A stretch of 64,000 bases of DNA from Ignavibacterium sp. (GCF_037440165.1 NZ_JBBIUQ010000015.1:12491-76490), one strand, 5' to 3'. Numbered from the stretch's first letter, positions 18,888 to 28,296 are shown. Translations and numbers: made by a program. Notes: generated from the sequence alone by a model not told the origin.

Positions 18888-19880
18888 ATGGATAGTAAAC
18901 AAATTGCAGTTGTAACCGGAGGAACCGGATTTGTCGGAAGTCATCTTGTTGATCTTTTATTAAATAAAGGATTTGAAGTCAGATGCATTACAAGAAAATC
19001 TTCAGATCTTCGTTGGTTAAAAGATAAAGATGTCAAAATTTTTGATTGTGGACTCTATGATAAAGAAGCATTGAAAGAAATTATTACTGATGCGGATTAT
19101 GTTTATCATGTTGCCGGCGTTGTTAAATCAAAAACTAAAGAAGGATATTTCAGAGGAAATGTTGATACTACACGAACTTTAATTGAAGCAGCTCTGGAAA
19201 GTAAATCAAACCTGAAAAGATTCCTGGTAGTCAGCAGCCAGACAGTCACGGGTCCTTCAATGGATGTAAAGCCAGTGAACGAAGAAACTGAATGTCGTCC
19301 TATTACCACCTATGGTAAAAGCAAGCTGGAAGAAGAAACATTAGTATTATCTTATAAAGATAAACTTCCAATAACAATCTGCCGTGCGCCTGCAGTTTAC
19401 GGTGAAAGAGATACGGAAATATTTATCTACTTTAAAACATTCAGTAAAGGTTTAACTACCACTATTGGTTTTAATGAAAAGAAACTTAGTTTAATCCATG
19501 TTCTTGATTTGGTGAGAGGATTTTATTTAGCTGCAACAAATGAAAAATCACAGGGTCAAGTTTATTTCATAAGCTCAGAGGAATTATATACCTGGCCGCA
19601 GATAAATAATATTACTTCAAAAATTATTGGCAAAAAGCCAATTGCAATTAAAGTCCCTCACTTTCTGGTTTATACTATTGCAGCAATTGCCCAGTTTGCT
19701 GCTATCTTTAGTTCCAAACCTGCAACATTAAATATTGAGAAAGCGAAAGATATTACACAGCAATACTGGATATGCGATACTTCAAAAGCTGTTCGCGAGC
19801 TAGGGTATCATCAGCAAATTTCCATCGAAGATGGAATTAAAAGAACTGTTGAATGGTATAAAAAAATGAAATGGATTTAA
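18888..19880 (+). CDS. NAD(P)-dependent epimerase/dehydratase-family SDR
   Basis: Rossmann motif VVTGGTGFVGSHL and catalytic YGKSK (YxxxK); 330 aa. Confidence 0.85.
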   Translation: MDSKQIAVVTGGTGFVGSHLVDLLLNKGFEVRCITRKSSDLRWLKDKDVKIFDCGLYDKEALKEIITDADYVYHVAGVVKSKTKEGYFRGNVDTTRTLIEAALESKSNLKRFLVVSSQTVTGPSMDVKPVNEETECRPITTYGKSKLEEETLVLSYKDKLPITICRAPAVYGERDTEIFIYFKTFSKGLTTTIGFNEKKLSLIHVLDLVRGFYLAATNEKSQGQVYFISSEELYTWPQINNITSKIIGKKPIAIKVPHFLVYTIAAIAQFAAIFSSKPATLNIEKAKDITQQYWICDTSKAVRELGYHQQISIEDGIKRTVEWYKKMKWI

Positions 19881-20302
19881 TTATCCAATGCACCTTCACT
19901 GATCCAAACTTTAATTCCTCTGATCTGATTTGGAGTTAGTTGAGGCATGTATTCCGGTGGCATCGGATTAAATCCTGCTCGAGGTGGTCTATCAATTCGC
20001 CAGACTAAAATACTTGTTAATGTATCACCAGGTACAACAATTCGACCATCAACAAATCTGGAGCGTAAAGTCAAATCTAAACCAGCTTCATAAATTCCAT
20101 TTCCGTGACAAGCAAAACATTTAACCTGCAATACTGGATATATATGTTGAGAAAAACTAATATTTGAAGATGGAATAATCCGATTGTCGACATCCTGATT
20201 TGTGATTGTATCATCACAAGATATAAAAATAGATACCAGGAATATTATTTTGAAGAAAAATAAAATAGTTTTCATAACACAGGCAAACCTATTTATTTGC
20301 AT
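19877..20302 (-). CDS. Small monohaem c-type cytochrome domain lipoprotein (PSCyt1-like)
   Basis: Lipobox-like VSIFISCDD. Single CFACH haem-binding motif. Downstream pattern LDL...GD..TS.L..RI....MPP...L...QI..I..WI..GA resembles the planctomycete cytochrome c domain. Confidence 0.6.
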   Translation of the reverse strand: MQINRFACVMKTILFFFKIIFLVSIFISCDDTITNQDVDNRIIPSSNISFSQHIYPVLQVKCFACHGNGIYEAGLDLTLRSRFVDGRIVVPGDTLTSILVWRIDRPPRAGFNPMPPEYMPQLTPNQIRGIKVWISEGALDN

Positions 20303-20362
20303 TTAACAAAAAAAGTCAAATTAAAAGTAAACAGGATAATTGTAAAAAGATAAAGGATAACT

Positions 20363-20370
20363 TAAATTTG
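20363..20370 (+). promoter_or_regulatory. Candidate -7 promoter element TAAATTTG (TAnnTTTG) for tRNA-Ala
   Basis: Exact motif ending 20 nt before the mature tRNA 5' end. Confidence 0.45.
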
Positions 20371-20390
20371 TCGTGCAAAAAATTATTATT

Positions 20391-20463
<73 letters not shown>

Positions 20464-20489
20464 CGAAAATTTGAAAAGTATTTTTATCC

Positions 20490-20532
20490 AATTGTCAGTC
20501 TCCGCATAAATTCAGACTGACAATTTTTTTTT
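20490..20532 (+). terminator. Rho-independent terminator after tRNA-Ala
   Basis: 12-bp perfect stem AATTGTCAGTCT / AGACTGACAATT with a 12-nt loop, running into a 9-T tract. Confidence 0.85.
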
Positions 20533-20561
20533 AATCAAGTAACCTAAGCTTTTAATTGTAA

Positions 20562-21926
20562 ATGATAAGATTACTTCCGGTAAATAACTTCTATAAAAAA
20601 ATTCTTCATATCGCATTACCTGCTATCGCCGGACTTTCAACACAGATGATTGTTTCTCTGGTTGATACCGCAATGGTTGGAAGACTTTCCGAAGCAACTT
20701 ATGCATTAGCTGCGATGGGAATTGGTGTGCTTGCAACCTGGGCATTGATAAGTTTTTTTTCAAGTTTAGCTACAGGAACTCATGTAATTGTTGCCAGAAG
20801 ATTCGGACAAAAAGATTTTATTGAATGCGGCAATACATTAAATAACTCGCTTCTTATTTCTTTATCGATCGGCATCATGGTAGCAGCAATCGGAGCATTC
20901 TTTGCCAAACCAATTGCTGATTTATTTGCAAGTGATGATCAGGTTGCTCACTACGCTTCAGAATATATCTTTTACAGATTTCTTGGAATACCATTTTTTC
21001 TGATATCAGTTTCATTTCGCGGATTCTATTTCGGCATAAGTAAAACAAAAATTTTCATGATTTCCGGAATAATTACAAACCTTCTGAATATTATTTTCAA
21101 TTACATCTTTATCTTTGGAAATTTTGGAATGCCCCGAATGGGTTTAGCTGGTGCTGGACTTGGTTCTACTCTTGCTTCATCATTCGATTTTTTCTTTTAT
21201 ACAGCAATAATATTATTACCATCATATCGGAACAAATTTCAAAACTTTAAGAAGATTAAAATTGATTGGGAAGTGATTAAAGCAATCTGGAAAATTTCAG
21301 TTCCAGTTTCACTTCAAAATGTATTTATCCTTATTGGATTTTTAATTTTTGTTGCAATCACAGGTATAATTGGCACTCAGGAACAGGCTGCGACACAAGC
21401 TACAATCAGCACTTTGTTTATTTCATTCCTGCCTTGTTTTGGATTTGGAATTGCTGTTCAAACATTAGTTGGAAATAATCTCGGTGCAAAGAAATTTCAT
21501 TTAGCTAAAATTTATGGAATTGAAACTGCAAAAGTTGCCACAATTTATACCTTAGCTTTGGGAATATTCTTCATTTTTCTTCCGCATTATGTATTGCTAA
21601 TAATTACTAATGATAATTCGATTATAGAGACTGCCAAGCCAGCTCTTAGAATTGCTGGATTTGCTCAGATCTTTTATGCGATAGGAGTTGTTTTGGCTAA
21701 TGCACTCCAAGCTGCCGGGAAAATGCTGTTTGTTATGAAAGCTGAAGTTATAACTAATTTATTTGTTCTTGTTCCGCTGTCTTATTTAATAGGTGTTGTT
21801 TTAGGATACGGATTAAAAGGTGCCTGGTTAGCAATGCCTGTTTATATCATAATTTATACTGGTATAATTTTATTAAAGTATCTTTCAAAGGACTGGTTTG
21901 AGAAAATTCCGCTTAAAAATCAATAA
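20562..21926 (+). CDS. MATE-family efflux transporter
   Basis: 454 aa with about 12 TM helices. N-terminal ILHIALPAIAGLSTQMIVSLVDTAMVGRL is typical of MATE proteins. Confidence 0.85.
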   Translation: MIRLLPVNNFYKKILHIALPAIAGLSTQMIVSLVDTAMVGRLSEATYALAAMGIGVLATWALISFFSSLATGTHVIVARRFGQKDFIECGNTLNNSLLISLSIGIMVAAIGAFFAKPIADLFASDDQVAHYASEYIFYRFLGIPFFLISVSFRGFYFGISKTKIFMISGIITNLLNIIFNYIFIFGNFGMPRMGLAGAGLGSTLASSFDFFFYTAIILLPSYRNKFQNFKKIKIDWEVIKAIWKISVPVSLQNVFILIGFLIFVAITGIIGTQEQAATQATISTLFISFLPCFGFGIAVQTLVGNNLGAKKFHLAKIYGIETAKVATIYTLALGIFFIFLPHYVLLIITNDNSIIETAKPALRIAGFAQIFYAIGVVLANALQAAGKMLFVMKAEVITNLFVLVPLSYLIGVVLGYGLKGAWLAMPVYIIIYTGIILLKYLSKDWFEKIPLKNQ

Positions 21927-21974
21927 ATTCAAATCAATATTTATTATACTTTATTTGTAAAAAGTATTGACAAT

Positions 21975-22403
21975 ATGAATTCATTGAAATATATTTTGGT
22001 CGTGAAAAATCCAATTTCGAAAATATTACTGGTTTTAACCTTAATCGCTTCAGTTTATGCTGGTGCTTTCATTCAAAGTATTACTGCAAGAAGCGATGGG
22101 GAAAATGTGATAGTTGAATGGAAAACAGGTGAAGAGTCATCCTCACTGAATAAATTTGTTGTTGAAAGAAAAACACCTAATAACGGATTTATCGAAATTG
22201 GAACCGTTTCTCCAAAAGGTTCTAACTCCTTCTACACTTTTATTGACAACAATATCTTCAAAGGAAACGACTACATTTTTACATATCGCTTAAAAATTGT
22301 GGATAATAATTCTCAGGTAACATACTCAAGTGAAGTTTCTGTTTCTCACAGTATCTCTGGAGTAAAGAGAACCTGGGGAAGCATTAAAGCTATGTTCCGG
22401 TAA
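21975..22403 (+). CDS. Small secreted/anchored hypothetical protein with beta-sandwich-like domain
   Basis: N-terminal hydrophobic segment. Segment VIVEWKTGEESSSLNKFVVERK...YTFIDNN...YIFTYRLKIVDNN. C-terminus TWGSIKAMFR. Confidence 0.5.
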   Translation: MNSLKYILVVKNPISKILLVLTLIASVYAGAFIQSITARSDGENVIVEWKTGEESSSLNKFVVERKTPNNGFIEIGTVSPKGSNSFYTFIDNNIFKGNDYIFTYRLKIVDNNSQVTYSSEVSVSHSISGVKRTWGSIKAMFR

Positions 22404-22409
22404 AATAAT

Positions 22410-23663
22410 TTGAAGTTACTCATTTCAACCAAATCAATTCATACACTTTCAATTCAAAAAACTTTTCCTCTCTTTCTTTTATTACTTTTAATTTCAGCTT
22501 GTGCACCATCTAAAAGATTCACTGAATATAAAGAATCAGCGACAAAAGATTTTGCTCAAGAAGTTCGTGTTTTACTAAACGAATTAAATGTTGATCTAAC
22601 AATAGGAACAGATACATATCTAATTTCAGAGAATGTAAAACTTGCAATAATCAAATCAGGAAATAAATTTTCTGCTGAAGCAATTCATAACAAAATATTT
22701 ATTAAGCTTGGTTCTAAAAGATTTAACTCAAAGGAGTTTTATCTGCAATCTGTCGATGATTCATTGATAATAATAAATAGCAAAAAATATCGTGGACGAA
22801 TTAAATTGCTTAATGTTGATGGTGCGATTAAAATCATTAATCAGATTTCTCTGGAAGATTATATAAAAGGTGTAATGACCAAAGAAATGCCTGTTGGAAA
22901 AGGAAAAGAAAATTTTGAAGCACTGAAAGCTTTTGCTATTGCTGCAAGAACTTATGCAATAAATAAAATTTTCGCCAGCAAAACTTACTATGATTTATTA
23001 CCAGATATAAGAGATCAGGTTTATGGCGGAGCTGATGCAGAACATCCGCTTTCAAATAAGGCTGTTGATGAAACTAAAGGACTGATTTTAACTTTTGAAG
23101 ATGATCCTGCGATTGTATTTTATCATTCGACTTGTGGCGGCTATACCGAAAGTTCTGTAAATGTTTTCACTATGGATGATATAAGTTATCTCAGAACAAT
23201 TTCGGATGGCAACGATCCATTTTGCTCGATCTCTCCTAACTTTAACTGGACTGAAATAATACCTGAATCAATTTTTATAAAACGATTATTTGATGCTAAG
23301 CTACTGAAAGACACTAATTGTATTTTAGAAAGATTTAATATTAAATCCAGATTTCAATCGGGAAGAATAAAAGAACTTGAGATATTACTAAAATATGATG
23401 ATGAAATTAAATCAATCAGTATTTTTGGCAACCAAATAAGAAGTGTAATTAAGAATAATTCCGGGAATGGATTATTGAAAAGCAATAACTTTATTATTGA
23501 AATAACTGATGACAGAAAAGTGATGATAACGGGAAAAGGCGCTGGTCACGGTGTTGGAATGTGTCAGTGGGGAGCAATTGGACAATCCAAACTAGGAAAA
23601 AATTATAAAGAAATATTAATGCAATATTTTCCAGAAACAGAAATTAAAAGTTTAAATGGTTAA
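22410..23663 (+). CDS. SpoIID/LytB-domain protein (lytic transglycosylase / amidase-enhancer family)
   Basis: Lipoprotein-type signal LLLLLISACAP. Motifs LEDYIKGVMTKEMP, EALKAFAIAARTYA, VFYHSTCGGYTE, and GHGVGMCQWGA. Confidence 0.85.
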   Translation: MKLLISTKSIHTLSIQKTFPLFLLLLLISACAPSKRFTEYKESATKDFAQEVRVLLNELNVDLTIGTDTYLISENVKLAIIKSGNKFSAEAIHNKIFIKLGSKRFNSKEFYLQSVDDSLIIINSKKYRGRIKLLNVDGAIKIINQISLEDYIKGVMTKEMPVGKGKENFEALKAFAIAARTYAINKIFASKTYYDLLPDIRDQVYGGADAEHPLSNKAVDETKGLILTFEDDPAIVFYHSTCGGYTESSVNVFTMDDISYLRTISDGNDPFCSISPNFNWTEIIPESIFIKRLFDAKLLKDTNCILERFNIKSRFQSGRIKELEILLKYDDEIKSISIFGNQIRSVIKNNSGNGLLKSNNFIIEITDDRKVMITGKGAGHGVGMCQWGAIGQSKLGKNYKEILMQYFPETEIKSLNG

Positions 23664-24234
23664 AACTGATATACCAATTTATCTTGCCTCCAAATCGCCA
23701 AGAAGAAGAAAACTTCTCAAACAACTCAATCTGAAAATCAAATCTTTTTCCGTTGAGACTGAAGAAATTGTTTTACCAGCTGAACAACCATATGCTACCG
23801 TTATAAGAATTGCAAAAGAAAAAATGGCGGCAGCTAAAAAGAAAGTTAAGAATGGAATAATCATAACAGCTGATACAATAGTCTTTCTTGATGGTAAAGT
23901 TTTAGGTAAACCGGAAAATCAAATTGATGCTTTTAGAATGCTGAAAAAATTAAGTAACAGAACTCATCAGGTTTACTCGGCATTTTGTATTTATAATTCA
24001 GCGACTGGAAAAACAATTACTGAATATGTTAAGACTGATGTTAGATTCAGAAAATTAATCGAACCGGAAATTCGTGATTACATTAAAAGCGGAAGTCCAA
24101 TGGACAAAGCAGGCGCATATGGAATTCAGGATGATTTTGGAGCTGTGTTTGTTGATCATATAAACGGCTGCTATTACAATGTTGTCGGATTACCATTATC
24201 TAAATTTTATCACGCATTATTAAGGATTATTTAG
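23656..24234 (+). CDS. maf: Maf-family nucleoside triphosphate pyrophosphatase
   Basis: LASKSPRRRKLL, ITADTIV, and DKAGAYGIQD motifs; 192 aa. Confidence 0.9.
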   Translation: MVKTDIPIYLASKSPRRRKLLKQLNLKIKSFSVETEEIVLPAEQPYATVIRIAKEKMAAAKKKVKNGIIITADTIVFLDGKVLGKPENQIDAFRMLKKLSNRTHQVYSAFCIYNSATGKTITEYVKTDVRFRKLIEPEIRDYIKSGSPMDKAGAYGIQDDFGAVFVDHINGCYYNVVGLPLSKFYHALLRII

Positions 24235-25199
24235 TGCTGGAAAAATTAAAACAACGAACTTTAATCTCAATTGCCTTTGCCGGAATATTGTATCTTGCAA
24301 TTACCATATATACAGATTTCAATTTATTGGTTGAATCCTTTAAGAAATTTGATTTGCTTCTGCTTCCAGTTTTATTAATCCTCTCTCTTCTAAACTATTT
24401 TGCCAGATTTTTTAAGTGGGATTATTACCTGAGTATCCTGAAAATTCAGCTTTCAAAAAGAGATTCTTTAATGATTTTTATGACTGGTTTACTGATGAGT
24501 ATAACACCAGGTAAACTCGGTGAATTATTAAAAGCTTATCTCGTAAAAACAGTCAATAAAACTCCTGCATCTGTAACAGCACCAATTATTTTTGCAGAAC
24601 GAGCTACTGATTTCTTATCACTTACAATTCTAGCTTTAATTGGTGCCTACATTTATGATTATGGAAGAAACGCTGCACTAATAATTACAGGATTAATTAT
24701 TGTTGGAATTTTTATTCTCACAAACCGAAATGTATTTGATTCGCTGATAAAGATACTTTCAAAAATTAAATTCGTTCGTAATAGAATTGAATCAATTGAA
24801 CAACTTTATCATTCAACTTATACATTACTAAAATTAAAACCTTTGATTATTGCTATAATAATTAGTGTAGTTTCGTGGGGATTTGAATGTTACGGATATT
24901 ATCTTGTTATTAATAATTTCGTAGATACAATCGGAGTGAGTTGGTCTTTTTTTAGTTATAGTTTTTCGACCATAGTTGGAGCTGTTTCAATGTTGCCTGG
25001 TGGACTTGGAGTTACAGAAGGTTCATTTCTTCTGATGTTAACATCAAAAGGATTATCGACAAGCGACGCAGCAGCAACTACATTTATTACAAGAGTTGTC
25101 ACTTTATGGTTTGCTGTAATTGTTGGAATTATAGCAGTATTTTTTTTCCAGAGGAAATTCGGAAAAATTGATTTTACAAATAGCGAAAGCGAAAAATAA
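24234..25199 (+). CDS. Flippase-like / lysylphosphatidylglycerol-synthase TM-region family membrane protein (UPF0104-like)
   Basis: 321 aa with about 8 TM helices. Motifs PGKLGELLKAYL and LPGGLGVTEG are typical of this family. Confidence 0.6.
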   Translation: MLEKLKQRTLISIAFAGILYLAITIYTDFNLLVESFKKFDLLLLPVLLILSLLNYFARFFKWDYYLSILKIQLSKRDSLMIFMTGLLMSITPGKLGELLKAYLVKTVNKTPASVTAPIIFAERATDFLSLTILALIGAYIYDYGRNAALIITGLIIVGIFILTNRNVFDSLIKILSKIKFVRNRIESIEQLYHSTYTLLKLKPLIIAIIISVVSWGFECYGYYLVINNFVDTIGVSWSFFSYSFSTIVGAVSMLPGGLGVTEGSFLLMLTSKGLSTSDAAATTFITRVVTLWFAVIVGIIAVFFFQRKFGKIDFTNSESEK

Positions 25200-25326
25200 T
25201 TCTTCAAAATGAATACTAAATTTTTAATAAAAAAATTTTCAAATAATCAGTCATATTTAAGTCATTTACCTTGATTTTAAGACACATCACCAATATTTTT
25301 TGAATGTAAAAAACAAAGGAGTTGAT

Positions 25327-25746
25327 ATGGCACAAGATAATAACAATTTAGGCAAAGGCTTTTTAATTGGATTTCTTGCCGGCGGTGCGGTTGGTGCTGC
25401 TATAGCATTGTTATTCGCACCCAAAAGCGGCAAAGAACTGCGCGCTGATTTAAGACAAAAAGGTGAAGAATATCTTGATGATGCAGAAAGATATATTTCA
25501 GAAGCACGTGAAAAAGCTCGTGAACTGATAAATGAAGGTAAAAAAAGATCTGAAAAGATTATCAGTGACGCTAAACAAAAATCTCAGGAAATAATTAAAG
25601 ATGCTGAAAAGGTAATTCTTGAAGCAAAGGAAAAAACAAGTGATATAGTTCATTCAGGTAAAGAAAAAATTGAAGAAGAAGCAGAGAGAATAAAAAGTTC
25701 GGTTAAAGCTGGAATTGATGCCTACAAAGAAGCTAAGAAATCATAA
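25327..25746 (+). CDS. YtxH-domain protein
   Basis: GFLIGFLAGGAVGAAIALLFAPKSGKELR followed by a Lys/Glu-rich helix. ATG at 25327 is preceded by AAGGAG. The track start at 25300 is less likely. Confidence 0.8.
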   Translation: MAQDNNNLGKGFLIGFLAGGAVGAAIALLFAPKSGKELRADLRQKGEEYLDDAERYISEAREKARELINEGKKRSEKIISDAKQKSQEIIKDAEKVILEAKEKTSDIVHSGKEKIEEEAERIKSSVKAGIDAYKEAKKS

Positions 25747-25755
25747 GTAAATTAA

Positions 25756-26142
25756 ATGGACATTATTCAGGTTCTAACTGCTATTTTACTTTTATCAGCG
25801 GCTATGCTTTGCATAGCCTTGATAATTTATTTCAAAAAAATTGTCGGTTCAATGCTTGAACTTGAAAAAGAAATTAAGGATTTGAATTCAACACTCAAAC
25901 CTTTAATCAGTTCAACTCTCGAATTGACTAAAAACCTTAATGAGGTTTCTGATTCTGCTAAAAAACAATTACATGTCTCTAAATCCATTCTTGATGATAT
26001 CAGATTTCGTGTGGATAAAGTTCTTGAGCTCGAAGAAAAAGTTCGTGATGGAATTGATTATGCTGTAACCCCATTAATTCAGAATCTATCAGCAATAGGA
26101 AAAGGTATTGAGACATTTTGGAGGAAATTCAAAGAACGATAA
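25756..26142 (+). CDS. Small membrane-anchored coiled-coil protein (DUF948-like), partner of YtxH
   Basis: One N-terminal TM plus a helical region. Adjacent to the YtxH gene, as commonly seen for this pair. Confidence 0.45.
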   Translation: MDIIQVLTAILLLSAAMLCIALIIYFKKIVGSMLELEKEIKDLNSTLKPLISSTLELTKNLNEVSDSAKKQLHVSKSILDDIRFRVDKVLELEEKVRDGIDYAVTPLIQNLSAIGKGIETFWRKFKER

Positions 26143-26190
26143 ATACAATCATTAATTTCTCACCTATTTAACTGATTAGGAGGAACTTCC

Positions 26191-28284
26191 GTGAAAGAAC
26201 ATGGCCCAGATACAATCCGTAATATTGCATTCATAGGACACGGTGGAACCGGAAAAACATCACTGTCCGAAATAATTTTATTTACTGCACACGAAATAAA
26301 CAGAATTGGTTCTGTTACAGAAGGAAATACTGTATCCGATTATTCACCTAATGAAATTGAGAAACAAATTTCGATTTCAACTTCCTTAATGCATATCGAA
26401 TGGGAAGGAAGCAAAATTAATATAATTGATACACCTGGTTACAGCGATTTTATAGGAGATGTTAAATCTGCAATGCGTGTTGCTGATACTGCAATTATGC
26501 TCTTAAAATCTGCTGAAGGAATTGAAGTCGGAACAGAATTAACCGGTGGATTCATCAACGAATTTGCTTTACCTTCAGCGATTGTTATCAATAAAGTTGA
26601 TAATGAACATTCAACTTTCTTTGAAACTTTTGAGAAAGCAAAGAAAAGATTAACAAGCGGTACTGCAGTTGTAACATTTCCGGTTAGAGAAGGAGTAGGA
26701 TTTAATGCTGTTGTTGATATACTTAAAATGAAGGCATACGAATATGGAGAGGCAGGAAGCAGGAAAGTAACCGAAAAAGATATTCCTTCCGAATTGAGAA
26801 CAAAAGCAGAAGAACTAAGAACGTATCTAATCGAAAAGATTGCTGAAACAAGTGAAGAATTAATGAACAAATATTTTGAAGAAGGTTCTTTGAGTGATGA
26901 AGAAATTACTAAAGGTATAAAATCTGCGATATTAGGTCGAAGTCTTACTCCGGTTTTTGCAGTATCAGCAACACGTGCAGTTGGTATTAATAATTTTCTG
27001 GATTTTACTGCGAAATATCTTCCAACACCATTAGATCGTGGAGGAGAAGAGGCAACATTAGCAGGCAAGAATGAAAAAGTTCTTGTTAAACCTGATCCAA
27101 ATGGTGAGCCGGTTTTATTTGTTTTTAAAACATTATCAGAGCAGCATGTTGGTGAGTTATCTTTGTTCAAAGTTTTCTCTGGCAGTGTAAGAGCCGGAAT
27201 GGATTTAGTAAATCAAACAAATAATAAATTTGAAAGACTGAGCCAGCTTTCAATCCTAAATGGAAGAAACAGAAAAGAAGCACCTCAAATATTAGCTGGT
27301 GATATTGGTGCAGTTGTTAAATTAAAGGATACTCATACAAACAATACATTATCTTCAAAGAATTTTGCTGTTGTGATTAGACCGATAGTATTCCCTGAAC
27401 CTGTAATTCACGGCGCAGTTATACCAAAAGCAAAAGGAGATGAAGATAAAATTTCTGCCGGACTTCATACACTGCACGAAGAAGATCCGTCATTCAATGT
27501 TAAATACGATCCTGAAATTGCTCAAACAGTTGTATCAGGACAAGGTGAGTTACAATTGGCTCTTGCTGTAAAAAGATTAAAAGAAAGATATGGAGTTGAG
27601 GTTGATTTAGTTGAACCAAAAATTCCCTACAGAGAGACTATTAAATCAACTGTAAACGATGTTGAGTATAAACACAAAAAGCAATCTGGTGGAAGAGGTC
27701 AATACGGACATGTTCATTTCAAAATGGAACCATTACCAAGAGGAAAAGGATTTGATTTTGTAGATGCTATTGTCGGCGGTGTAGTTCCAGGAAGATTTAT
27801 TCCTGCGGTTGAAAAAGGAATTCAGGAGACAATGGTTAAAGGAGTAATTTCCGGAAATAAAGTTGTGGATGTTAAAGTCACTTTGTTTGACGGAACTTAT
27901 CACACGGTTGACTCTGATGAAATGTCTTTCAAAATTGCTGCATCTATGTGTTTCAGAAAAGGATTTATGGAAGCAAAGCCTTGCTTACTCGAGCCGATTT
28001 ACGAAGTTGAAGTCAAAGTACCTGAAGAATATATGGGCGATGTAATGGGTGATATTTCAAGCAGAAGAGGAAAAATTTTGGGAATGGACTCAGATGGTCA
28101 ATTTCAGGTTATCAAATCACTTGTTCCTTTAGCTGAACTTTATAAATACTCATCTCAGTTGAGAAGTTTGACTCAGGGAAGAGGATTATTCAAAAGAAAA
28201 TTCTCACATTATGAAGAAGTACCAAAAGAAGTTGAACAGAAAGTTATAGAAGAATACAATAAATCAAGAGAAGAAGAAAAGTAA
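26191..28284 (+). CDS. Elongation factor G family GTPase, stand-alone paralogue
   Basis: G1 GHGGTGKT, G3 DTPGYSDF, G4 NKVD. Domain IV/V segments HKKQSGGRGQYGHV and LEPIYEVEVKVPEEYMGDVMGDISSRRG. Not flanked by rpsL/rpsG/tuf. Confidence 0.85.
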   Translation: MKEHGPDTIRNIAFIGHGGTGKTSLSEIILFTAHEINRIGSVTEGNTVSDYSPNEIEKQISISTSLMHIEWEGSKINIIDTPGYSDFIGDVKSAMRVADTAIMLLKSAEGIEVGTELTGGFINEFALPSAIVINKVDNEHSTFFETFEKAKKRLTSGTAVVTFPVREGVGFNAVVDILKMKAYEYGEAGSRKVTEKDIPSELRTKAEELRTYLIEKIAETSEELMNKYFEEGSLSDEEITKGIKSAILGRSLTPVFAVSATRAVGINNFLDFTAKYLPTPLDRGGEEATLAGKNEKVLVKPDPNGEPVLFVFKTLSEQHVGELSLFKVFSGSVRAGMDLVNQTNNKFERLSQLSILNGRNRKEAPQILAGDIGAVVKLKDTHTNNTLSSKNFAVVIRPIVFPEPVIHGAVIPKAKGDEDKISAGLHTLHEEDPSFNVKYDPEIAQTVVSGQGELQLALAVKRLKERYGVEVDLVEPKIPYRETIKSTVNDVEYKHKKQSGGRGQYGHVHFKMEPLPRGKGFDFVDAIVGGVVPGRFIPAVEKGIQETMVKGVISGNKVVDVKVTLFDGTYHTVDSDEMSFKIAASMCFRKGFMEAKPCLLEPIYEVEVKVPEEYMGDVMGDISSRRGKILGMDSDGQFQVIKSLVPLAELYKYSSQLRSLTQGRGLFKRKFSHYEEVPKEVEQKVIEEYNKSREEEK

Positions 28285-28296
28285 TTCATCAGTTGG

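Noticed and set aside
26439-27170. 243-aa ORF on the minus strand inside the EF-G gene
   Set aside because: It is entirely antisense to a gene with unambiguous GTPase and EF-G motifs. Its product is low-complexity (Ser/Pro/Ala/Asn-rich) with no motif, a typical shadow ORF.
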